NCBI GenBank assembly: GCA_043228905.1
Contig: JBHGNT010000002.1
Span: 10,416,001 to 10,480,000 of the forward strand
DNA from: Azolla caroliniana
Lineage: Eukaryota > Plantae > Polypodiophyta
DNA length: 64,000 nt
Direction: 5' to 3'
The notes under the pieces are model-generated. The model saw nothing but the letters and a program-made list of their open reading frames with translations, did no database searches and was not told the DNA's origin. This document shows, piece by piece, positions 25,001-36,341 of the stretch. The position numbers and the translations under genes are program-made. Within the stretch, counting starts at the first letter, position 1. Every line of letters starts with the position of its first letter.

Positions 25001-27603
25001 GAACGAGTCAGACCGACGCGAGTCCAACTCCGAGGGAACCGGTGATGCGTCTTTAAAAGTGAAGTCCGCGTCGATCAAGAAGGCCTCGACATCGGCTAAT
25101 GTGAGATTACGCCGATCTACCCGCCCGAAGAATCATGTTTTGCGGTTCGGATACAACGAGTACATGGCGCATCATTATGCGTACATGACCCGTGTAGCGG
25201 AAGTGCGTGAGCCGGAGAGCTACGCAGAAGCGGTTAAAGACGCGAATTGGCGTGCCGCGATGGAGGAAGAGATGCACGCATTGGCGGAGAACGAGACTTG
25301 GGACCTGGTTGACGCACCAAGAGGGGTAAAACCGATCGGGTGTAGGTGGGTGTACAAAGTCAAGTACAACACCGATGGCTCAGTCAACCAGTACAAGGCT
25401 CGGCTAGTGGCAAAGGGCTACGCGCAGAAACATGGCATCGACTACGATGAGACATTTGCGCCGGTCGCGAAAATGACGATCGTCCGTGTTTTGCTCGCAG
25501 TAGCAGCGGCCAAGGGGTGGCACCTACATCAAATGGATGTAAAGAATGCGTTCCTGCAAGGTGACCTTAAGGAACAAGTGTACATGGTACAACCCCCCTG
25601 ATTTCACTCCGGAACAAACTCCTCGGCAGTATGCCGACTGAAGAAGTCCCTTTACGGACTGAAGCAAGCCCCGCGTGCCTGGAACGCGAAGATCACGCAA
25701 CAACTGCGTTGGATGGGCTTCGTCACATCAAAATTAGACTCTTCCCTGTTCATCCGGAAAGGTCGACTCAGACCGGTTAGTATTCTACTATATGTCGATG
25801 ACTTGGTCATCACCGGCGCCAACCTCGGTGAAATCGACCGCGTGAAGCTCCAGCTTACGGCATCGTTCGACATGAAGGATCTGGGGGACCTTCATTACTT
25901 CCTCGGGATCGAAGTGATCCGTACCCCCGAAGGCATATTGATCAGCCAACGTCATTACGTGCTGGGTATGCTCTTCAAACTCGGGATGGCCGACTGTAAG
26001 TCCGTCTCGACTCCTCTGGACAGAACCATCAAGCTTCGTCCTGATACGGGAAAGGTATGCGACCCGACGAGGTTCCGACAAATTGTCGGAAGCCTCATTT
26101 ACTTGACCATCACCCGACCCGACCTCAGTTATCCAATCGGGGTGATCAGTCAGTTCATGGCGCGACCTACCGAGGAGCACCTTCAGTGTGCGCAACGCGT
26201 ACTGCGTACAAAAGTGGCACTAAGGACCACAGACTGCTATATCGGACCGGTGCAGCCGCGCAGTTAGTCGGCTACACTGATGCTGATTGGGCTGGCAACG
26301 CCGCCGATCGTCGATCCACGTCCGGATACGCGTTCTCCCTCAGGAGTGCCACGATCGCGTGGAGCAGTAAGAAGCAGCCGACAGTTGCACTGTCGAGCAC
26401 GAAAGCTGAGTACCGAGGAGCGGCTGTCGCGACATGCGAAGCCATATGGTTGAAGCGGCTACTTAAGGACCTGCAAGAGGAGGTGTCAGATCTACTGCGA
26501 CAACCTCAGTAGCATCCAGCTCGCGAAGAACCCCGTTTTCCACGCACGGACCAAGCACATTGAGGTGCACTACCATTTCGTCTGTGAGCGTGTCCTTTCC
26601 GGTGAAGTCGAACTTCAGTACGTGCCGACGGATCGGTAGATTGCCGACATCTTCACCAAGCCTCTTGGTCTGGACAAGTTGCGGCAATTCTCAGGTGCGC
26701 TCGGATTGCGTCACCTCGACGTGCCAAACTTGAGGGGGAGAACAGTCCCGAACGACCAAGCAAGGTAGCAGGAAAGGAGCGGAGACCGCGACACCGAGTC
26801 GGTTGTCGAGTTCGACTTCGCATCGGCTGAAGAAGCCGAGGGCGGACCCGCGGAAAAGTCCAGAAGCGGACAGAAGGGGAGCAGCCGAAGGAGAGAGCCG
26901 AAGCCAAGCACGCATGGGGGAGATGACGCCATCGAGGGCGAGAAGACCAAAGACGAGTTGGAGACAGCCAACTCGGACGAGAGCGAAAACCGATCAGAGG
27001 TAGCCGAGTCGGTTCGGATGTTTGATTCAGACACGTTGAATCAACCGAGGCCCAAGCGGAAGAAAAGGCAGCAGAAGAAGTGTCGACACCGCAACAGCAG
27101 AAGAGCTGATAAGGGCCACATGAGCAGACAAGCCGACTGGAAGGGTAGAAGCGTGCGGAGTCGAACAGGTCGAGGAGCACGAGCGAGGCGCGAAGCGCTA
27201 AGCCAGGAGGAACCGGAGCTGTGAAGATTCCGAAGAGCCTCAAGTTGAGCTTGAGGGGGAGTGTTGAGAGACAAGCTCAACATCAGCCGGATCGGTTGGG
27301 ACCGATCGGTTAGACCGTTAGGAAAGATATTCCATGAGGAATATATTTGGGAGTTAGTGTAGGAGCTCTTAATGAGCATTGAAGTACTGTCAGTACTTCG
27401 GTCAGTCCTTCTAGGACTTGTACAAAGTGTTCATTGAACACATATATGTATTGTCTTTGTTTTTATTCTTTTAAAAAAATATACACACATTCTCTCTCTC
27501 GGTCTCTCCCGCGTATATTGCGTAAGCTCAAGCTCTCCATTAAACCTGAGTGTTCTTCCTTCTCTTCGGTCTTCATACTTGCTTCCGCACGCTACTTTCT
27601 ACA
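22063..27603 (+). mobile_element. Near-complete Ty1/Copia (LTRs 22063-~22410 and 27262-27603)
   Basis: Perfect TSD GTAAT; highly similar LTRs; damaged PBS GTATCAGAGC 22416-22425; gag-PR-INT-RT-RH order; PPT TTGAGGGGGAG 27251-27261. Confidence 0.96.
22489..27224 (+). pseudogene. Copia gag-pol polyprotein with a few stops/frameshifts and a C-terminal extension
   Basis: [76 protein letters not shown]. Confidence 0.92.
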
Positions 27604-30600
27604 GTAATTGTGGTGGAGGTAGTCCTGTAGTTAAAAAGTACGTCATTTCCATAAGCCATCAATCCGGAAAGGTGGATTCCGTTTTTTCTGCAATTGTCGC
27701 TACTCGCCAGATGTCGGCGTCTGGAAAATCGTCGTCATCTTTCTGTATTGTTTCTCCATTCTCAAGTTTGCTCAAAAAATCCGCCACTGCGTGTTGCGTC
27801 CCTGGCCGGTGCTAAATTACGAACTCGAATTCCTGGAGAAGCAGCATCCACCACGCCAATTTCCCTGTCAGGGCTTGTTTCTCCACCAAATACAATAATG
27901 CCGAATGATCCACGTGGAACGTGAATTTCCGTCCTAGTAAATAATGTCGGAATTTATTGATGCTATAGATCATCCCTAGCGCCTCCCGCTCTATTGTGGA
28001 ATAGTTACGCTCTGTTGCTGACAATTTACAACTTGCGTAGTATACTGGCCTGTACCAGTTTGGTTCGGTGAGTTGCATTAGCGCGCTTCCTATTGCTATG
28101 TCCGAGGCATCGACGAACACGTGGAATGGCTTCGCCCAAACTGGAGGTTGTACGACGGGGGCCTGTGTGAGCATTATCTTAAGTGCCTCATAGGCCTTAT
28201 CCTTCGGCAACGTTCCAGGCACAGACGTAAGTGCGAGAAATGGTCTTTTGTTCGCCCATATACCGCAAAATCGTCTAAAAAGACTTGCATGAATGCCAGA
28301 TTATATTCCCCAAAGATCTCCGTAATCGTTCGTTGAAATGTTGCCAATGCTGTGTTTAGCCCGAACATCATGACGACCGCCACATATACTCCCCAGTCCG
28401 TGACAAATGTCGTCTTCTCCTAGTCCTTGGGGTGTATGCGTACTTGGTTATAGCCACTGAAACCATCTAAGAAACTGTACATCTCATGGCCTGCGACGGC
28501 GTCCAGCACGCTATCGGTGAAGGGTAAGGGAAATGCGTCTGTAATGGTTACGACGTTTAATTTTCAGTAATCCACGCATACCCGTATTTTGCCGTTTTTC
28601 TTTGGGACAACCACTATCGGGCTAAGCCATGTCGCTTGTTTAACTGGCCATATGAACCCCGCCCTCAGCAGCTTGTCAATTTCTTCTTTCACGCGGGTCG
28701 CATAATTGGGGTTCATGCGGTAGCGGCGCTGCTAGACAGGTTTCGCGTCCATTGCTAAATTGATCTTATGCTGATAGAACTTGGGATCTAACCCCTTCAT
28801 GTCCTCGTGAGCCCATGCAAACACATCTTTATATTCTGTGAGTAGTGCGATCATTGGGGTTCTCTGGTCCGGCCTCAATTCTTTTGTTATGGAGAGGAAC
28901 CGGGATTCCGATCCCGTACCCACATTCACTTCGTCGAGAGCGGAAGCGGTGACTCGTCGTGAAATCTCCATTTCCCTTTCGAAGGCCGCCCGTGCTCTGT
29001 TGAGTTCCAATATGGACTCTGGGTTTGGTTCGTATGGCTCTTCGTTCGGAACAATGGCCGTAGTATATTCCACCGCAGTTGCGATGACATCTATTTCCAA
29101 TAGCGGAATAATCCGAAGATGTTCGTCCAGGTACGCTTCCAATTCGGCATCCTCCACCCCAGCCAGCATATTGATGTCTTCCGCATATAACGGTGTTATA
29201 CCCTTAGGTTGTGGGGTGTTGCCATCCGTAGGTGCACGAACCTTGGTGCGTCCATGCCAGAAACTGATACACTCGTGTTGCCAGCTCTGCTTGATATTTG
29301 TTGTTCGAAGCCATGGTCTGCCCAGAAGCACTGGATACGCTCCTGGGGCGTCCAAAGCAAGGACGACCACCGATATGTCGAAGCGGTGTCCGCCCACGAT
29401 GATGCCTATTTTGCGAATTAGCCCCAACGGTCGCACTGATCAGGTATCTGCCATGCGAAGCCAGAATGGACACGCCTCCCATTCGGAAATGCCCAATTGT
29501 TCGCAAGTTTTCGTGCTAATCACATTGACGCCTGAGCCGCCGTCAATTACGCATCTAGGAACTTCCTGTCCGTGCAATATTACTGTAATGGCCTGGTTGT
29601 GCTGATCCACCACTGGTGGTCCCTCGCTAACGTCTGTCAGGTTTGTGGCAATGCTCGCCCCGGTCATGCCCGCCACCTGTGCTTCCATGGTCTGGCGGAA
29701 ACGTGGAACTAGCTGTAGCAGTTTTTCCATAGTTAACGTGATTTCACAACCTGCTAACACCTGCCAAATGGGGTCCAGCCCCGGTTTTTCGTTCTCTGTT
29801 CGCTCCATTGTGTTTGCGGACTCCTGCCTCATACGTTCCGTATTGGTCACGTTTGCTTTTTCCACCCCAGGCTTGGGCTTGTCGTCGTACCTCGTCCTGC
29901 GAAGCCCAATCCGTCGTTTTCGTTTGTTGGCGTGTTGTGACTTGTTGCACCTCTGCCGTAATCGTGTTGACGGCAGGCCCCTTTCCCTTGCGTGCTGGGC
30001 ATTGCGTGGCATAGTGTCCTGGTTGCTGACAAATAAAACAATGGATGCTTGATTCTCCCTTCTCAGCCCCAGGTGGAGTGTGCCGCTCTCTGGGCGCTAC
30101 TTGCTCTTCGCGGTCCGGCCTCGTTTGTCGGAACGTACGCGGTGCCTGCTGGTGGTCCCGTCGTTGTTCCTGGTGCCGCTCATCCCCCGAGCTTTCGTCG
30201 TAACGCCGGTGATCCCTATATTGTCGAGGCTTACCCCGATAGCCATTGAAGCCGCCCCGTTTGTTTGTTGGGCGTTGATGTTCGTATCGCTGACCCCCTT
30301 TGGCGTAACTCGGATGTCCACGACAATCCTCGTCCTCCGGGTCGTCCTCCTCGGACTCGTTGTGATTCCAGCGATTCCGGTTGTACCGGTCCTCCCACGG
30401 GTTGCGATCCTTATACCGAGGTCGGTCTTCTTGCCTCCTTTGTTCCGCCCGGTGCGGTTGACATTGTGTGTCCATGCTACGGACCGCGAGAGTGGCTCTG
30501 TTTAACATATTGTACTCGCATTGGTCGACTGTGTGAACCTTCGAGTGGCAGATTGGGCAGTGGATTCGCATATTGCACTCCACCGCGGAATGCCCGGAGT

Positions 30601-31100
30601 TCAAGCAAATCGTGCACTGGATTGCTTGACGAAATTGGCGTTCCTCATCCTGAGGTAACGCTTGTCATAAGGATGACATCGAAAACCTCTCCTCCTCGTC
30701 ATCCAACTCGAGTTGTAATGCTCGTTCAATCACCATATCCGCCGTTTCCCCTTTCACGCTATTGTTGTTGAGCGTGGTCTGGATGGGCCGGCGTAACGCT
30801 GCCAGAAATGTCTACCGAGCCTCCTCCTCCGCGGGGCTTCAATCCAGTTTCCGTCGTAAATTTTGGAAACATAAGCTGAAGTCTGCTATCGTCTTGGTCG
30901 GTAGTTGCTTAATTGTATAAAACTGCCCGAGAATCTCGCGTTGTGGAACCCTCCGATGGAAGAATCGCAAGAAGGCGGACTGCAGCTGATCGAAGGTTGT
31001 TATGGCTGGTAAGTCCATCTGTGAATGCCAGAACGCCGCACGCCCATCTAATGTTAATCCGAACTCCGTCATTTTCGACTGGTGTGCCACCGTCTCGGAG

Positions 31101-31372
31101 TGTTGTACACGGTGCTCGGCCACAACCGAGGAATAGGATCAACTCACAGAAAATAGGAAATACAAAGTACACGAAGACAATAGAGAGAAAAAGTACACAG
31201 GATGTTTTACGTGGAAAACCCTAAATGGGAAAAAACCACGGAAGTCCTCAAACTCCAACTATCACTATGAACAGAGATGTACAATGGTGAAGCCACAAGG
31301 CAACAACCTTGAGCTCACTGTCTTTGCCACAGACGGCGGTAATACACAGAGGCAACGACCTCTTCGTCTTTC

Positions 31373-31416
<44 letters not shown>

Positions 31417-31699
31417 CTGCTCTCTTCACTCTCTCTAAGTGGAAAACAGAAAATGAGCAACAACAACAAACTGTTTGCCCTAAGTCATATTTATACACAT
31501 ATGACTTTCGGACTATTTACAAATATAGCCTGCATCCGGATCTCTCTCCGGGTATATTCATCATCCGGCTCCGTAGCCGGGGTCTTCGTCATCCGGCTCC
31601 GTAGCCGGGGTCTTCATCATCCGGTTCCGTAACCGCAACCAGGTCAGCCGTCATTCATCTCCGGACATCCCATCCGGAGGGACCGAAAAAATCCCAACA
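31101..31699 (-). mobile_element. Copia solo LTR inserted in the Gypsy gag
   Basis: TGTTG..CAACA with perfect TSD CGGAG; similar to LTR 7114-7695; contains (CT)n and three ~27-bp TCATCCGGCTCCGTAGCCGGGGTCTTC repeats. Confidence 0.92.
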
Positions 31700-32075
31700 C
31701 GGAGAGATTCTGCGCCATGTGGTTCGCATTCCAAACGTTCAAGAACAGGCGAATATGAGTTGCGGCGTCGGTTTCGCCATTAAAGCAGGGGTAGGCAAAG
31801 GCCATCATGGAAGCTACGGCGGATCGGAAAAGGTCACCAGGTGGCTGCGGTGAGCGTGGTCCCCTCATCTCGTCGAGGTATTTGGGGAGCAAGGAATCCC
31901 CTTTGCACTCCTGGCAGGTAGTACTGAGGTCGCCGATGCGCGGCTTTTGCCGAGCGCGTTCTTCTGCCTGGCGTGTGACGGACCTTGTTATTGGCCGGTC
32001 TTGTCTTGTTGGTTCTCTAGGTCATCTGCGGCTAAACATCCATTCGTTGTTGCTCGTCTGTGAGGAAACACAGAT

Positions 32076-32089
32076 CACCAAGCGTGCCA
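32076..32089 (-). promoter_or_regulatory. PBS, tRNA-Arg-like, canonical position
   Basis: Minus strand CAACA-CTTT-TGGCACGCTTGGTG directly after the 5' LTR. Confidence 0.7.
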
Positions 32090-35000
32090 AAAGTGTTGCC
32101 TCTTAGGAACATGGTCCGTGGTCAGTCCTTCGACCTAGACCCCAAGGTGGGTGTGGAACAACAAACAGAGCTCAAGCATACTGCGTAAGGAGAGAACCTC
32201 TGTAATTCCTTCACGTATAAGGGAAGACGCCTACAACCGAATCCTTATCACAGATTACACTTACATACTACTACGCTTACGTATCCGAGACACAGACACT
32301 GAATTAGCCGCAGCTATACATAGAAACTCAGAGAAGATAGTATTCTATTATCAGGCGTTTTTTTACATTTCCCAAAATTTACACGCACCTCCATATATGC
32401 AGGGTCTAATTAGCCGGGTCTAATTAGCCGTTTATATATGCAGGGTCTAATTAGCCGTTCACGCTTCTCGCGTGAACCGTTACATACATTATGCTTATAT
32501 AGTTTCTTATTCCTAAACTTTCTGGCGGACAACAATCCTCACTAGATCCACCACCCAGTTGAAGTGGATGGTCGATGGGTAAGTCGAGTGCAGCTCGTCC
32601 CGATGTTGGACTATGGAATGCATCTGATAGCTTTCGCAAGTCGTCACGAACCGAAGCACGTCCCGGCCACCAGTACTTCTCCTTTAGCTTCTCGAACGTG
32701 GCCCATGTCCCCCGATGTCCGGCCCAAGGACTCTCGTGGTACACCATCAACAAGGCTTCCTGCTCCTCCTTCCTCACCACTACCCGGAGTGGGACACCGT
32801 CTCACTTCTTCGGGTGCTTCCATATGCTTCCGTCCTGTAGGAAGAATCAGTATGCTTTCTTCCAGATCCGGTTAGCCTCTTCCTTTGTCCACTTCGCATC
32901 AAGCGTCATCATTTTTAGGAACCCACCGATCTGGAGCCACTCCCCATCGTACTTGCTCTCGTCAAACTCGTTAAGCGCTAGAGTGCCCCCCTTTCTCGTC
33001 GTCACGTACGCCGTCTCAAAGAAGTCCACGCCGACTTCCTAGTCCTCTGAAACCATGCTGCCCTCGTCATCAAACCTCGCTCTTGAAAGCATGTCGGCCA
33101 TGGCGTTTTCCTTCTCGGGGATGTGCCGAATCTCCAGATTCAGGGACTTAATGTACGCTATCCACCTGAGCATTGCCAGGTCCGGTGTCGTGCACCCAGA
33201 AACCATACCGAGAATCGAGAGGCAGTCCCTCTCTATTATTACCTCTGTCCCGATCAGGTAGTCTTTGTCGGCCTTGACCGCCGAAACGATACCCCATAGT
33301 TCATGTTTAACCTGGGCGTATTCTCGTTGTCGCTCGCTAAGTACTTTCGCACCAAACCGGATGGGGAACCTCGTGTTGTTCTCATCCTCCTGGTCGATCA
33401 CCCATCCGATTACGGTCGGACTCGTGTCTACAGTTACATAAATCGGAACATGTTTGCCATAGACCGCTTTTCAGAGTGTCGGCCCCGCGGCAAGTGCTTC
33501 TTTCATTTTCCGGACCGACTCCGCATGCTCCCTGCTCCACTCAAACTTGTGCCCTTTCTTCAACCCGTAGAGCAGCTCCACGATATGGGCGTAATGGGGG
33601 ATCCAAATGTGGTAGAACACGCAAGCTCCCAAGGACCTCCGAACTTCTATAACCAACTTGTAGTCTTCCTTCATTGCGGAGATAGCTTCCACCTTAGGCG
33701 AAGACGGTTTCCAGCCAGAAGGCCCGCACAGGTGTCCGACGACCATGATTTCCGACTGTCCGAAAGCCAATTTCTCCCCGGAGAAGGTGAGTCATACACC
33801 TTCAAGCTTTTGTAGCACCTTCTCACAGTCTCCGATGTGGTCCGAGACGAATATCCGACACCCGTCCAATCCGACCGTTTCATCCTTATCCTCCACCTGA
33901 CATCCCTTGATTGGAATGTCATCCAAAAATGGCATGGTGATGTCCGGGATGCAATCCCTTAGCACCTTATTCATCGCATTCACCATGTGCGCTACCGAGT
34001 TTGTCCCCCCTTGCGGAAGGGTACACATCCACACTAGGCTGAGAGGAGTTCGCATTGTCGTAATATCCCTGTTCTCCACGGCTAGTTGGAATTGGTCGTA
34101 CCCCGAGTACAGATCCCCCACCAAGTAAATCGACCTTCCGGCGAAGGCCTCCACAAACTCGTCAATTGTCGGTCCGATTCCAGCATTCCAAATGGTCACC
34201 TTATTGACCGGTTGCAGGTCCTGAATAAAGCGCAACATGTCATTCTTCTTTGGCACAGTAAACAACCAATTCGAGTACGGGGCACTCGACGGTTTGAGAA
34301 TGCCCATCTCCACCTTCTGCTTCAGTAGCTCCATCAGCTTCGGGATGTGAGCTCTAGGTACTGGAATCGGTTGAGATTCCACGGCACATGCGGTACCGTG
34401 AAGATAACCATCGGTCAACGACCATCGGGTCTACGCACCCAATCTCTTCCTGTGAGAATGCAAAGGCCTTCTCGTACCTCCCAAGCATTCTCTGAAACCG
34501 TTCCTCCTCCACCGGCAATAGAAAGCCACCCCCACCAACCTTGAGCTCCCGTAGCGTTATGTTGGTGAACCGGTGTCCTATGCCGGCCGGATCCCGTAGA
34601 GTTGGGTCCGACGCGGCCCCTTTCATCCGTCACTCGCTGCCCTCTGGCAAGGGTGCGATGATTGGCCTCACCTTCCAGTCCACAATCTTGTACTTATTAT
34701 GCACATGGGCCACCCGATCCAACTCGACCCTCTCCCCGAAGTCGGCGATGACTTCGTACAACATTTCTGAACTAACCGAAATCGTTCGGTCTTCGTTAAG
34801 GCCTTCTTCGAACACCCTCTTTAATTCCCCCAAGGTGTCATCGAAAGAGACCGCCTCCACGGCTCCACCAATCTCATTGTCGAGGCCTAGGACTCCGCAC
34901 TCCCTGAGACGTCCCTTTGCCCATTTCTTCATCCGGCCGCTAATGCCGGCTACCGTACAGCCTCCGTTGTTGGAGAACCAAAATTTCCTATCTATTATAC

Positions 35001-36324
35001 AGGGCTTCCTTCCTATGGTACACGTGCGGGATGTTTCTGGGGTGTCCGGACAATCGGAGCCCCACGCCTTGATAGCCCTCTCTAAAAATCCCCTCGACTT
35101 TCGCTGCCGAGGGTCTCGCGGTTGCGCTCATGGTTCCGTCGCACGGTCAGAAATTGGATGGAGTGTCGCCCATCTTGGCTCTTCACACATGCGTACGCCG
35201 AAATTTTATCTAACACCTTCGTGTCCATGCGTGTTGCCTTAATGTACAGTTCTCCGACTATCACCAGATGCAAGGATGTCTCTTGCAAGAAGAAGTGCTC
35301 GTCAATCTCGACATCACCTATTTTCATCGATTTTCACTCGCTAGCGTGCACCCGCCTGTTCCACAGGTACACCACGTTATCCCTTATCGCTTCTGCCAAG
35401 TCCATGCAATCCTTCCGGATGTGACCGACCTTGTCACACCACAAGCACCGATGCCCACCCGGAGGCCTCCGGTCGCGAAATTGTTTGCCGCCATCTCTTC
35501 GGGCCTGCGCGATCTAGAGATGGGCCCATTTGCGTCAGTTCTTCTAGACTAGCTCCTCCAGATGGGCCCTTGACCACCCCGATCGAGGTCGAGCCCGTCT
35601 CGAGCCAATTCTAGGTTTCATCCTTTCGTGCCAATGAAGACTCATCGCACTTCCTTGTCGGGACGGGTCTCATCGCCGACGATCCCTCGTCGCCCCACTC
35701 ACGCCATTTGTCAAAACGGCCGCAGACTCTCTTCACCACGGCCCAATCGGCCGTCAGCCCGTCATCCATCTCTAACAGGAGACCCACCTGATCTTGATCT
35801 CGCGCGTCCACAGATTTGACAAACAACAAGACGCAGCTCGTGTCCAGCACTGCTCTGTCTAGCATCGAGAGCCGCATGAAGCGTTCTTCAAACTCTCGGA
35901 GAAGCGCCGACGCATTCCTCCCCTTTCATGGGGTTTCCACCCAATCCATGAAGTCCCGCTTCGATAACCGAAGCACATCATGAAGCCCATACCATTCGAG
36001 GAGCCACCCCTCGAACTCTTCCCAGGTCCGACATCCAGTCTACACCTCGAGCACCTCTGCGTGGATGCTCGGTGTCGCCACCCGAGGGAACCCAGCCAGA
36101 CGCCTTTCCTCCGGGATGTCCCTCATCACCATTTCGGCTCGGTAGGCCACGAAATAACTCATGGCGTCCTTCCCATCGAACCGGCCTATTGCGCCGACAG
36201 TTGCTTCAATCACCCTATCAAGGGCGCCTGTGCCCTCGCGAGCACTTACTATCTAGTCGACTATTGCAGTCATGGCTTCAGAGAGCTTTGATCCCCTCAT
36301 CTTTGACTCCTCTGCCGCCTTGTT

Positions 36325-36341
36325 TCACGTCGGGTTCACCA
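36325..36341 (-). promoter_or_regulatory. PBS, tRNA-Trp
   Basis: TGGTGAACCCGACGTGA 4 nt inside the LTR, complementary to the plant tRNA-Trp 3' end as recalled. Confidence 0.8.

Larger units (their letters stand above)
17209..32534 (-). mobile_element. Full-length non-chromoviral Gypsy with extra 3' coding region (LTRs 17209-17647 and 32094-32534)
   Basis: Similar LTRs TGTTGCC..GGACAACA; TSD ATCGT/ATCCT; gag ~29750-31900, protease CVIDGGSGVNV, RT ~28215-28730 (VFLDD), RNase H 27812-28222, integrase 20802-22062 plus 27604-27810. Confidence 0.92.

Noticed and set aside
28838-29605. 255-aa plus-strand ORF and similar long ORFs (19583-20224, 34541-35242, 43088-43741, 58084-58452, 61215-61760)
   Set aside because: Antisense shadows of retroelement coding sequence with no independent motifs
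31248-31632. ORFs with ER/SL dipeptide repeats
   Set aside because: Translation of the (CT)n microsatellite in a solo LTR
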